From the human T2T-CHM13v2.0 reference genome, Homo sapiens, in assembly GCF_009914755.1 (NCBI RefSeq), contig NC_060931.1: 64,000 bases of DNA. One strand, written 5' to 3'. Of the stretch, positions 28,286 to 41,420 are shown in pieces. A program made the position numbers and the translations under genes. Every line of letters starts with the position of its first letter. Positions within the stretch are counted from its first letter, which is position 1. The notes under the pieces are model-generated. The model had not been told where the DNA came from, did not search any database, and worked only from the letters and a program-made list of their open reading frames with translations.

Positions 28286-28602
28286 TCTTTTCTTTCTTTC
28301 TTCTTTTTTTTTTTTTGAGACGGAGTCTCACTCTGTCGCCCAGGCTGGAGTGCAGTGGCGCGATCCTGGCTCACTGCAAGCTCTGCCTGCCTCCTGGGTT
28401 CACGCCATTCTCCTGCCTCAGCTTCCCGAGTAGCTGGGACTACAGGCGCCCGCGACCACGCCTGGCTAATTTTTTTGTATTTTTAGTAGAGTCGGGGTTT
28501 CACCGTGTTAGCCAGGATGGTCTCGATCTCCTGACCTCATGATCCGCCTGCCTCGGCCTCCCAAAGTGCTGGGGTTACAGGCTTGAGCCACCATGCTCGG
28601 CC
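28286..28602 (-). mobile_element. AluY-like
   Basis: Reverse Alu with cactgcaagctc and gttagccaggatggtctcgatctcc; T-rich tail. Confidence 0.92.
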
Positions 28603-29439
28603 TATTTTCTTTTTACTGTTTATTTATATGTGTGAGGAGAGCCACACACATGGGAATACAGATTTTTCCTAGAAGGTTGACTTCAGTGTAAATGTTTAAG
28701 TACCTACCAAGATAACTATTTATGGGGTGGACATCAATAGTATACCCTGTGTAAACCCCCTCAAGGAGTTTACCAAACTAGAAGCCTATTCCCTTTCCAT
28801 TCTCCCTTCAAGACTGTGAGCCCCAGCTCAGAAACCTGTCAATAACTCTGTGTTGTTGCTCTCCCTATGGAATCAGGTACTGCTTTGATCTGTAGAAATA
28901 TGCAAAAACACAACCCACCATTCAGTATGTTTCAGGGATGTCTAGTCCTTGAACTCTCAATCTTGCACATGCTTTACAGCGAAAGGCAGAACATTAGCTA
29001 ATAACCATGGCAAGGAAGGACAATTAGTGATTTAATGAGCCAGTACCTTGTTCATTCTTCTATTGTGAAAGGTTATAGATAGCATATGAAAATATTGGCT
29101 GAGCCTGTGTCCCTGAAGTGAAACTCATCATGTTGGAAACTAAAACACGTTTTTATATACCATAAGCACTAATGGCTTCAATTAAGAACACCTTACATAG
29201 AGCATGCTAATGATCATCTTAGAATCTTAGGACAATCAATGTTTTTTCAAGTAGAAATATAAGAACTCATTAATTTACTGACTTTAAAAAAATGACGTAG
29301 GCATTGCAAGGTATTTAGGGTTGCAATTATAATTAGGGTGAACTTTAGTTCCTGTTTTTGCCCCCTTTCATGTTCAACAGTGTCTTGGAATGAATGGTTC
29401 ATCAATGATTTGGTCTCCCTGGCCATAATGTGTATATTG

Positions 29440-29630
29440 TTATCTGTCCCGTGACCTCTGCAAAATTACCTAACTTCTCTGAGTCTGTTTTTCGACAGTA
29501 AAATTGGTATACTAATAGCATTGACTTCACAGACTGCATCTGAGAATTAAATGAGTTATCATATGTAAAGCGAGTAGAACAGTGCCTGATGTGTGAGAAC
29601 TGATCTATAAGTATTAACTGTCATTCTTTT
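29440..29630 (+). mobile_element. MIR fragment
   Basis: gtgacc...aacttctctgagtctgtttt...gtaaaattgg...gagaattaaatgag core. Confidence 0.65.
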
Positions 29631-30069
29631 TATTACTATTATCTTTTAAATATTTCTGATATCACTATTAAGGGGTATGTGTGTGCTTGTGTGTAGGTAC
29701 CAACTTGGTTTCTTTCCACATGGGGTAAACCTGTAATACTGCTAGAATTGAAGGAACACTTTGCTTACTACAGGATTATACAGAGTAATATCCCCTAAGT
29801 ATCAACACAGGAAAATAGCTTCAGTTATGAAAGAGATGTGTTGGGTGGATTAGACAGACACTGGATGAGGTCAAGAGTCTATGTTCTCTGATTTCACAAA
29901 AAAGACGATGTTGCAGGTCTCTGTAGGAAAACATCAGCTTGTAAGAGTTTATTATTCAAAGGGAAATCAGCATGATTTAAATCTCTTAATCACCCACATT
30001 AAGCCCTACACACATAAACACACACACTTTCATATTTATTGAATGTTATTAACCATTTTTCTTCCTACC

Positions 30070-30300
30070 TCTTATGAGTACCTACCTGAGCCAAGCACTG
30101 TGCTAAGTGATATATATGTGTGTATATATATGTATATATATGTTTAAAAAATATCCTTAACAAATCATATGAAATGTTTGATATCATTACAAGTTTACAG
30201 TAGAGGAAACTGAAGCATATAGCAGTTATTAATTTGTCCAAGGTCACATATGCCAAACAGGGCTTAGAACCCTAGTCTATCAGATTTCATAGCCTTTGCT
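30070..30300 (-). mobile_element. MIR fragment with an internal (TA)n tract
   Basis: tttacagtagaggaaactgaagca...ttgtccaaggtcaca. Confidence 0.65.
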
Positions 30301-30806
30301 GTTATTATAGCCACCACCCTGCATCTCTTGACTTTTCTGGCTCTGATCTCTAATCTATTACTTGCTTTGTGAGTATCTGGTGCTTTTATTTGATGGGTAT
30401 AGCCTGCCTCTGAGCCAGGAACTAAACACTTCATGAGTGGTCCTGATTCAAGGATGAGTGGAAGTCAGGAACTTTGTCTGAAGCAGGTTCTTTGCTGCAG
30501 TTGTCTTTTGACAGGCAAAGTGGGAGGAGGAGAGAGAAGAAAGAGAAGAGGAGAGGAAATTGGACAGCTCTTCAGATCCTATTTAGTTAGGATGTCACAT
30601 CATGGTGTCATTCTTTTGTGTGAAGTAATTTCTTTGGGTTTTAGAAATACTGACTTTTGAAATGAAATTTAAAAACGTACTTCAAAACACAAATGGTATT
30701 TGGATGATTTTCTGTTTTGACTTATTTATGCCTCTGCTCTCCTCTATTACTGTAGATCATTTAAAATTTATTGGGCATAAAATCCCAAATGTTTCAAAAC
30801 ATAGAT

Positions 30807-30807
<1 letters not shown>

Positions 30808-30847
<40 letters not shown>
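30808..30847. repeat. (CA)~19 microsatellite; (UG)n on the MAGI2 pre-mRNA
   Basis: Directly visible. Confidence 0.95.
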
Positions 30848-30849
<2 letters not shown>

Positions 30850-33800
30850 TTGTATGCTCAACGACAATGATAAACTATTACTTGTTAATTTCCAGGCACT
30901 GCAGAACTTGCTCATTTTAAATCCTTATAGCAATAGTGTGAAGTAGCTGTAAAAGTATAATAATCATGCTAATTTCACTATTAAGAAAACAAGTGTCAAA
31001 GGCACAATTCAAATCCTTGCCTATGGCTTCAAACCTTGGGGTTATTCCTTTCTTTTTTGATATGTTGGAAGTTGAAAGCAATTTGAATTACGAAGAGCAA
31101 GCGAATGACTATTGAGACTTAGTTTGGAAAAGCTTGCTGGTTGAGACTTCAAGATGAAAGTTTCACTGTAAACAGAATTATTTGCTCATGGTAATAACTT
31201 AGTTTCAAAGCCATTTTAACTTTATTAGGGTAGTTAGAATAAAAACTAAGATAAAAGACTAGAAATCAAAATAAAAGAATGAAAACTGAAATAAATTCAG
31301 TGGTAGACACATAAAATGACTGAGTGACTTGCATAAAATGTAAGTGAGCACACAGTTTAAAAATGTATCTTCAGTAATTGAAAGTACCTGACGTGGTTTT
31401 ATTACAAATGTTTTCTATTGGCATTTACTTTAATAAAAGCAGTACTTGAAACTCTTGGCAGCTAACGGCAGCCTCACTTTTCCTTTACTAGAGTTTTCCT
31501 TACATATGTAAGTGCACTGAATGTTGATGTACAACAAATCTCTGACAAGGGATGTGCTCAGAGAGGATTCTCTCTGAAAACAAGATGCAGTTCCATTTGC
31601 TCAGTGATAAGGTCTACAGAGCCTATGACCTAAGTGCTTTCAGTGCAATGCTAACGGAATTACAGAGCAAGGAAGAGGCCCTGACCTTGGTTTCTATTAT
31701 TGGGATGAATGGTACTCATTAATTCCCTGAGAACTGATGACTAAGGGAACTGCCGGAGCACAGTCCATTTAGACAGCATGCCTTGCAGACATCATCTGTC
31801 AGGGAGCAACATAAATCAAGTCTTTGGATCAGTCGTCTTGACACAGTGTGCTTAGGATACACAGATATTTGGGAAAAGTTGCAGTATGTCATTTGGCTTT
31901 AGACGTACTGACATTTAGGAAGGAGATAATGTGTCACTAGTCAGAAATTTCCTTTTAATTGAAAATCTCATAAATTATGGAAAAAAGAAACCCAGCTTTT
32001 CTATGTCTTTATTCCTTTATAGATAAAACAATATTGTCTACTTATATTGCAACATGTTTTATATTTTCCCATAGATGAATGAACTCTTTTGGCTCTGCTC
32101 AATGTACCACACTGTTTTGGTAGGAATATTCAGAGATAATCAGTTGGATTGGATGTCCTCTAAGTGAATTTGGAAGGGCTGGATTCTTGGGGTCTGTAGC
32201 CACATCACTACTGAAAGCAGGGATCCTCCCTTTTTTGCTGTTGGATTCTCTTCTGGGACCTTGTATAGTCTACTCTGGCTCCTTCAGTCACTGGTCAAAG
32301 TGGGCCGATCCAGCCAATGAACTCCTGTTATTTCTACCTTGGGTCAGTCCCCATAAAGAAGACAGGATGTTTACTTGAAGGACTTTTCTTGCTTTGGTGA
32401 TAGATTCTTCCTGAAATCCTAAGGGAAGGGATTATTAGATCCCCCCTTCTCTCCTCTTTCCTCATTATTTGTCTTGCTGTTTATGTGTATTTCATTTCAG
32501 AGAAAGAAAAGTCTGTGACTCATGTTTACATTTAATTATCTTCTTGTTAATAGATCCCACAAAGTGGAGTTATATGTGGAGAAAGTATTAAACAGGCAAA
32601 GTGGATTTTGCATCGATCATGCCAAACTTACAAGAGGGAAGTTCCTGAAATGAGTGTGAGAAAAATAAATACTTCAAAGGCAATCGATAGCATAAACTCT
32701 CATTAGCTCGCATTTCCATTAATTTGTGAAGGTTAAACAACATGTCATTAGCTTAAAGAGGCAAAGGAAGTTAGTTTGGGTTTAGAATCTGTGACCTGAT
32801 GTGAAAATAAATGCTTTTTAAAAGTTGGATAATTCCAGTTGCTTTTCTTTCAATAATATACGTGAAAATTACCTTCTGTCTAGTTTAAATTTGTGGGTTG
32901 GAGCAGAAGGGTCAATTACTACATCAATCAACACATTTCAGAATAGCATCTTCTTAATAACAGGCACTATGCTAGGCCCAGAGGGGAAGGCAATAATAAA
33001 GCCAACACATGGTATTTGTCCTTAAGAAACTCACTGTCTGGTTGGGGAGACCAGGGATAAATTTATAAAAATACATAAAGCAAAATGCAAATGGCAAATA
33101 CATGGCAAATATAACGTGCAGCAAAAGTAGAGTGGAGGAGTGAAATCCTGAGTCCAGGTGTAGACTGAGAGAATGGTGAGGAACGGGAAGGTCATTCTGG
33201 GGAGGAGGGAATATGTGCCCCTTGGTAAGTGGCAGCTCTCTTAGAAAAAACTTATGAGGGTAAATGGGTATATAATCCAAGGAGGTTTGCGGGGAGACAA
33301 GGAGAGGTGCTTTGTGGGCTGGGGTCCCTCCTGCCCTCATAATTATTGCTTCCTTGAGAGCTCTGATGTGATGTCTTTAGCCCAGCTCCCGTGAATGGAG
33401 ACTGAGCACAGAGGAATGATGCGAGATTGTCACAAAGTGTTCCCATCTCTTTAATACATGGTGGAAACTCCTGATCTGTTTTTCTGCCTTTAGAAACCAG
33501 AGCATAATATTAATCTTGCTTATTTTCCATCGCTGCTTCCTAAAAATTCTGCCTTCATATGTTTTATTGTGACAAACCCATTCAGATAGATATTGTCCCT
33601 TCCTGGAATATGACAAGGTGTCCTTCAAAAGAGTTTTCTTTGTCATCATGGGGTGGAGATGTGGGAAAAAACATGTGTTTTGTATTTTAAAGTTTTTTTT
33701 GGTGGCAAAATTAAGAAAAAACAGACGGCATGACTTGTTTTCCTCTAGAACGCTGTGAAATTTAGCTTTCCAAAGATGAAAACGTCTTCCCTGAAATTCA

Positions 33801-34284
33801 TAGCCAACTGATATGCAAAACCCAAAATCAAACAGCTGGTGTTTTAAGGACTGCATATTCAAAAAGTGCGTTTTCCCCCCTCCCAGCACCCATGAGTCAT
33901 TCTCTTGTGGTTGAACAGTTTAGCTACCCTGCAGTTGGTAATAAGCAGATGGTCAGACAGGAGAATGGGAAGAAGGGCTCATCACTGGCAATTTGGGAAC
34001 CCAACTGAACTCACGTTGCTGAGGGCAGAAAGCATCCTATAGATACGATTAACTAAATGGCTGGAGAGAAACACTCAGCAGCCATATATTACCGTTTATG
34101 CTTTTATTTTATACCAATTGTTAAAAATTTGCATAGCTAAGTACTGAGAGTAAATTAGTAACTGAACGAAATCTCACGACATTAGGAATTGTAATTAGCT
34201 ATGACTCAACTGTTCTATCCTGGAACATGAGGCTGGGTTAAAATGGATTTGTTGTTTGGAAACATTTGATGGGCCAGGGGTCAC

Positions 34285-34452
34285 ATGGCTAGCTTCATGT
34301 GACCTGGGCAGTCACACAGGCCACCATGCTCAAAAGGGCCTGGTGTTTGGTTTAGTCACCTGTCACCAGCTTGATATTCTTAATAATTTTTGAACAAGGA
34401 CCTCACACTTTGATTTTGCGCTAGACCCTGCAAATTATGTAGTTGGTCTTAG
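34285..34452 (+). mobile_element. MER91A-like (hAT-Tip100)
   Basis: cagtcacacagg...attcttaataatttttgaacaagg...caaattatgtag. Confidence 0.7.
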
Positions 34453-36919
34453 GTAGATCTGTCCATAATGTATTTCTTCCTTGCGCCACTCCACTGTTCT
34501 TAGTGTCTGCCGTGGAAGGTGTAAATGAGAATATGTTACAGCTACCAAGAAAAATCACCAACAAGGTGGGTGGTAGGAAAGGAGCCAAAACAATCCTTTT
34601 CTCTGTGGGTGCATTTTCCACTCCCCTGTACATCACTAGAAAAGGCAGTCCAAAAAATTTCTGTTAAGTATACTCTTACTTTTGATTCTTCACATATTTA
34701 TTGAAGAGGTCTAAAAATTACCTTGATTCTCTTACTCCACTGTGAAAATTATTCTTATAAGTCACTCATTATTGTGTCATTGACAAAGCAACTATTCTTC
34801 TGTAACCCTCTTTAAGTAGATGTTAAGATAGATCACGGTATTTCAAGGGGTTCATGTATTCTTTTGATATGGTTTTTCTCCTCACAGTCTGACAAAATGT
34901 CTAGACATTAGAGTGGCAGGAAGCAAAGAAACTTCAGAATAGTCATGATCCTCAAATCTGTAGGTGTGTGGGGTCTGGGAGCTGGACAGAGAGAATGAAA
35001 AAACATTTCCATTTGTAGATACACCTCTTTTCTTCCGTAGCAATACTTTTCATTTCTCTGTATGTCCCTGAAAATCACCTTGCCAACTTGTACAATAACT
35101 AGCAAGGATATCTTTTTTGACCTGTTTGGGTCTGAATGTCAGGATGGAAAATCTGGTCCCACTAAGCCAAATAAATATTAACCCTATTTCGGCAATTTTT
35201 GCATTTTTCGCAAAGACTCAGAAAAAGATATGTATTTCCATTGCCCAATAAAACCAGCAACTCAGGACTTTCCAATCAAGGGGTGGAAGGTGAAATTCTA
35301 TTGTTCAACTAGAGTAATTTTAGTTAGTAAAATTGTGTAGCTTTTAGCAAGCATGGCTTGCAAATAACCAAACAGCAAGCCGATTCAGTAATAATGGAAA
35401 AATCTTTAAAGAATTATTGATGTTAAAATATGATAAAGGAATTCTTCCCTGTAGGGCAGAAAAGCCAGTTGCTTTATTCTTTTTAAGAAACAGTTGCAGG
35501 GTTGAGGTTTGGTATTATACTTCCATCCCAGGCATGCAAATCTACCTTTTAAAGGGCTGGTTGCCCAATTTTATGATGACCAATTTAGTTCCTGAATATG
35601 GGGTTCCTTTTATTTATAATTTATTACAGAGCCTCATCAAGTTATTACTAGAAAATACTAGATGGTTCTATTATGATAAAAATTGTATAAAAATTTCAAA
35701 ATTCATATAATGTAAAAGGAGGAGAGTAAACAATCTTCTAGTGATTGGAAATATAACTAAAGCAACTTGATTATTTTTTAAGGTGTCATTTTTATTTTTT
35801 GAAGAAGCATTTATATTTAAAACTTGGTACTGATTATTAAGACAGGTACAGTTTAAATTGCCCATTTAAAAAATCGTATGTCATTCCCAAACTAACCTGT
35901 CCGTATGCATAGAGAAAAATACGTCAAGTATGTACTCATTACTTTGGCCTTTCCTTAATCTGAATAATTTATTTTTATGAAACTTAGGATTTTTGTGATG
36001 TTGCTTCATCAGCTCATTTCCAAAACTGCTATATGATCTTATTCAGTGTTGCTTAATCTTAGGACCATTTTTCTTTCACTTATAGTCCTATAAGTTTTTT
36101 TTTTTTTTTGGCCACAGACTCTTTTGTTTCTGTCTTTAAATTAGTGGCTGTCTATGTTTTTAGTCCTCCCACTCACTACCAATTGCTCTCAATATGATGA
36201 CAATTTAAGAGACTTATAGCAAGCTAATTGTTTTCCTTACATTTTCCCTATCTATAGATTTCTTTCCTCAAAGAGCTCTATGAGAAGTGTTAGGCATTAA
36301 AGCAACTTAATTGAAGTAATATATGTGTGAACTTAAATAAATTAAACATAACCAAAATGGTTATAATAAAAAATTCTAGTCTCTTGCCCTAACTCTCCCA
36401 TCCTCTCTAGTTCTGTGACCCAAATGCAAACATTTTAAATCTTTCAGCTGTTTCTTCACATTTCTAATAATATTCCTACATAGCTGTTTCTCATTTTATC
36501 AATGTTAGTCAATATCTATTCACTTCTTATTCTGATAGAGGATTTAGCACTCTTCCTCTGCATCCCACCTGCTCTCCTTATCCCAAAGTAGTTTTATTAC
36601 AATTTTTAGTTAAACCAGTTATCATTGTTTGTGGTTTTACTATGTAAATCTTGTTCACTGAAGCGTTTATGATTTCATTTATTTTCTTGCACAGTTTCTT
36701 TCCTTCTTTCGCCACTTCTAATCAAGGTTTCTGATTGTGTCTTTTCCTCACATCATTAATTGCTTCCCCAAAAGCTGTTAAAATCATCAATTTAATTTAT
36801 TCCTCTGAAGACTTTCCTCCCAGACGTAGGTAGTTTGCTCTCCAGTCTGCTGGACAGTGCCATCGTGGGGATTGTTGTTGCACTCCAAGGTGGACTCTGT
36901 GTCAGTTTTTCTGATTCAG

Positions 36920-37169
36920 TTTTTATTTATTTTTTGTTATTTTAATTTCTGAGATACACGTGCAGAACGTGCAGGTTTGTTACACAGGTATGCGTGTGTG
37001 CCATGGTGGTTTGCTGCACTTATTGATCCATCATCTAGGTTCTCTCCACTTGCCCCCCTGCCCCCCATGTGCTCTGGTGTGTGTTGTTCCCCTCCCTGTG
37101 TCCGTGTGTTCTCATTGTTCCACTCCCACTTATGAGTGAGAACATGCGGTGTTTGGTTTTCTGTTCCTG
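36920..37169 (-). mobile_element. 5'-truncated primate L1PA 3' UTR insertion
   Basis: gtgcagaacgtgcaggtttgttac...cccacttatgagtgagaacatgcggtgtttggttttctgttcctg; TSD CTGATTCA at 36911 and 37170. Confidence 0.88.
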
Positions 37170-37704
37170 CTGATTCACTCTTTCATTTTGTTGAAGCATA
37201 TCCTACAGCAGCTTTCTAAGAAATTATGCAGGGAAAAAACCAATTTTTCAATTCTTAGTGTTTGAAAATACATTTATTTTTACCTTCTTTTGATTGAATT
37301 CTGGCTTAGAATTCTAGATTGTATGAAACTCCTAGACTGAAAAAATGATTTTTCTTCAGAAACTTACAGGCACTGCTTTATTGTCTTCTAGCATCCAGCA
37401 TTACTATTGAGAGGCCTGAACCCATTAGGATTTTTGCTCCTTGTATGTGATATACTTATATTACCTTTTCTTTTTGAAAATTGTTAAGATTTTTCCCTGT
37501 ACTTTTTTTTTGTTTTGAATTATTGCAATGGTGCATTTTGGTATGGTTCTTTGTCAGTATGGAGACTTGTTTCCTTTAGTTTGGTTTTGTGAACCTTTAT
37601 TATACTATTTCTTTGATAATTTCCATTCTGTTTTTCTGGTCTCTCTTTCTGCAACTCTCATTAGATATTGGCATCCCGGATTGGTCTGCTGCTTCTCCTA
37701 TAGG

Positions 37705-38170
37705 TCATAAGGATTACGCCCTCATGGTAGAATTAGTACCATTATAAAAGGGCAAATTTGGCCCCCTGTTGTTCTCTTTTGGCCCTTCCTCCTTTTGCCA
37801 TGGGATGACACAGCAAGAAGGCCCTTGCCAGATGCTGGCACCTTATATTAGACTTCCCAGCCTCCATAACTGTGAACCAATATATATCTGTTCATTGTAA
37901 ATCACCCAGTCTGTGGTATTCCACTATAACAGCACAAAGTGGACTAAGATGGCTACCTCCTTGCTGTATCCTCATATGTTGGAGTGAGAGAGCTCTGGTC
38001 TTTTCATCTTCTTATGAGGGCACCAATCCCATCATTGGGGTACCACTCTCATGACCTTATCTAAACCTAACTATCTCCCGAAGGCCCGTCTCCAAGCACC
38101 ATCACATTGGGAATTAGGGATTCAACATATAGGTTTTGGAGCAGGAGACACAAACAGTCAGTTTGTAGTA
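37705..38170. mobile_element. Two MaLR LTR pieces (MST-like + strand 37705-37950; MLT1/MST-like - strand 37951-38170)
   Basis: cagcaagaaggcccttgccagatgctggcacctt...gacttcccagcctcc...ggactaaga, followed by gggcaccaatcccatcat...catcacattgggaattagg. Confidence 0.7.
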
Positions 38171-39824
38171 AATATCATATCATTTTTTGGCTATAAATAA
38201 GTTTTTGAAGCTTTCTTTTCTTCCCTGAATTATCTTTATTTCTTTTATTTTCTTTCATTTCTTTCATATTTGCTTGCTTTATTATTTTAAACATAAAAAT
38301 TTCATGGTTGTTTTATTCCATTCTGTCCCGAGTATTTTAGGTTCTGGGCCTCCCTGAGTTTCTAAAGAAATGAGTGGGTCTGTGTTATTCATATCTGTTT
38401 TAGATTTCTCTGCCCTGCTGAGTTGTCACTTTTTTGTCTTTGAAATATCTTGACCACTCCTGCCCACTCCTTTTCTCATTCATTCACTATTACTACTTGG
38501 GGTCTAAGAAATGAGACCCCAAGTAGTTATAATTTACTACTATCAATTAGAAATTAGAAATATCTTTAGTAATTTTTAATCAGTTTTTGCAATCAATATT
38601 TTGGTGCCCCAGTTAGAGATTTGGAATCTGTTTGGAAAAAAAATTAAAGTTTTATGTACCCAACGTTTAAAAGCCCTGTTGTCACTTGTAGTCTTGAGAG
38701 ATAAAAACATAAAGGACAACTTGTTTCTTTTCAAGTATTCAGAAAGTGTCATAAAATTACCTTTCATCAACTTCAGGTTTAGGGTTAAAAATGTTCAATA
38801 AAACTACACTTTCTTTCTCTCCTCTGTGTCTCTTGACTACCTTTGAAGCACTTTTCACACCCATCAATGTACTTGGCTCTGAGTAACTTCTCAGCAGGCC
38901 CAATAGAAATGGTTGATAGTTACAAGCAGGTGTTGCTGACAACTCATGTTTCTCATTTTTACAGATCCAGTGTATTTTATCTCTGCCATCTCCTTTTTCC
39001 TTTTATAGCTTCTGAAATTGTGTTTTGTAAAAAGTCACTTGGCTATCTTCACACAGTTTCCTTGTTACAATAGGTAAATGTCAAAAGTGATCAGATGCAA
39101 TATCAGACTTCCACTGAATTCCCCCAAGCCCTCCGGCAGATAATAACTTCTTGCAATATTTTCTTAATATAAATGGAAACAGATACTAACCCAGGCAAAT
39201 GATCCCTCCTGAGCCAGCTGTCCTTTTCAATATATTATCCAGAAGATTACATGAATATTTATTGGCCCTCCAGTTACACATACAAGCCAAAGTTCCACTA
39301 ACAGTGTATACAGTATGTTTTAACCTGAAAGAATGCAATTTCGCATGACTGGATAAAATTAAATATGAACAGACCCTCAAGCGAAGTGTTCAGGAGCTAG
39401 AAGATCTTGATCATATATTAACTTTGAAAACAACTTGCAGTGTGACCTCTGAATGGTCAAATAAATTATGTCAGTTCCCGGACTTGAAAAGTGAGACCAT
39501 CACCACATGTGGTCTCTCTTTCTTATCCTTATCTTTCTTACCCAAGTATTGTACATTTTAACTTCATTTGGATTTCTGCTTATATGTACTTTCTCTCATG
39601 ACTTATATTTTAAAGTGTTATAACTATATGTGTTTTCAGTTTTACTAAGCAAATATACATTTCCATAATTTTATTTGAGACTATCATCACAAAATGACTT
39701 TTATTATGCTAACGTAAGAAATGAATGGGAAATAAAAAAGGATTGAAGAGATTCAAAACGTGTTTTGTTGTCCATAATGAAATGCCAATTATACTGGAGG
39801 GGGAAGAGACTAAAAGTGAAAAAA

Positions 39825-40660
39825 AACTCCTTGGCAAAGATATGCAGATGGAAAAAAGCACACTAACGATCTTCAATATCATTAGTCTTTAGAGAAAAAC
39901 GCAAACTAAAACCAAAATGATTTGAGAGGCTGAGGCAGGAGGATTGCTTGAGCCCAGGAATTCAAAACCAGCCTGGGCAACATAGGGATACCCCCATCTC
40001 TACCAAAAAAAACCACCCCCAAACCCCAAAATGACATACTACTATGCACCTATTGGAATGGCTAAACATTAAAAAAACCATAAAACCTAAAAATAACAAG
40101 TACTCACAAGGATAGGAAGCATCTGGAGCCTTCACACATGGAATATAAAATGGTACAGCCACTTTGGAAATTGGTACCATATGAATCAGCAATCCTACAC
40201 CTAGATATTTACCAAGTGAAATAAAACCAATTTCCACACACAAAAAGACCTATATGAAAACGTTTATAGAAGCTTTATTTGTAATCACCAGAAACAGGAA
40301 ACTACCAAAATGCCCCTCAACTAGGGAATGGATAAGCAAACTATGGTGCGTCTATACAATGGAATATTATTCAGCAATTGAAAATGAAACAAATATTGAC
40401 ACATGCAACAACATGGATGAATCTAAAATGCATTATGCTTAGTGGAGGAAGCCAGACTGAAAAGGCTACATGCTGTATCATTCCATTTATATAGGAGAGG
40501 CAAAACTTTAGAACAAAACAAATCAGTGCTTGCCAGGGCTGGGAGTGGGTGAACAGCTGATTCATTACAGCAGTAGTTATAACTAAACACATCTGTCAAA
40601 ACTCAGAGTATAGACTAAAAAGGGTAAACTTTACTATATAGAAATTAAACCTTTAAAATA
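39825..40660 (+). mobile_element. Old L1M 3' fragment containing an Alu monomer fragment (~39922-40010)
   Basis: Peptide FIEALFVITRNRKLPKCPSTREWISKLWCVYTMEYYSAI (L1 ORF2 C-terminus), then an L1M 3' UTR. Confidence 0.8.
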
Positions 40661-41219
40661 GGGGGAAAAGTGAAAAAGCAGAAGGAGATAAGAGGTTTTG
40701 GATGGAAATAAATAGAGATAAGTAAAAAGGAACTGATGTAGAATAACTAGGAGACAGGAGGTGAGCAGGGGAAAGTGTAAGGGTTGGAAGTCTTCAGAGA
40801 AGAAATCCTGTCTAATCTGAGTCATAAAACACAAACAGGACTTTGCCAGGTGGTCAAGGTTAGGGGAAGCAGGCAGCATAGTCACAGTGGTATGACTTGC
40901 AAAGACACAGATCTGTGGATTAGCAGTGTCTGTGTTGTGAGGGGTGAGAGTGCAGTGAGCACAGACATCAGTGGGCCCTGGAATAAAGAAGGAAAGCCAG
41001 GTCATGAAAGGTCTTAATGTCTATGCTAGGGGTTTGGAATTTATATTATAGCCAATTGAGGAGCCACTAATGGATTATGGCAGCTAAGTGAGATCATCAG
41101 ACTCGTCTTAGAATGAGTCTGATGATAATAGGTAGTATGAAGGGTAGACTGAAGCATAGGGAGAGTGGGAATTAGGCTGGAGGCAGGGAAGTAATTTAAA
41201 GACCACCATAATACTCCAG

Positions 41220-41420
41220 AATTGTGCAGTCCAACATGGTAGCTACAAGCATCATGTGGCCATTTAATTATTTGAAATCAAAGATAATAAAAAATTAAAT
41301 TCCGGGTCATGCCAGCCTCATTTCAAATGCTCCACAGCCACATGTGGCTAATGGCCATAATGTTGTATAGTGCAGGATAAAACATTTCCATATTGCAGAA
41401 AGTTCTGCTGCACAGTGCTA
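41220..41420. mobile_element. MER3/MER33-like (hAT-Charlie)
   Basis: gtccaacatggtagctac...catttcaaatgctc...gccacatgtggcta...gcagaaagttct. Confidence 0.7.

Noticed and set aside
32560-32760. Possible conserved non-coding element or hidden exon in the long intron
   Set aside because: It looks non-repetitive, but I found no convincing minus-strand splice-site pair and conservation cannot be judged from one sequence.
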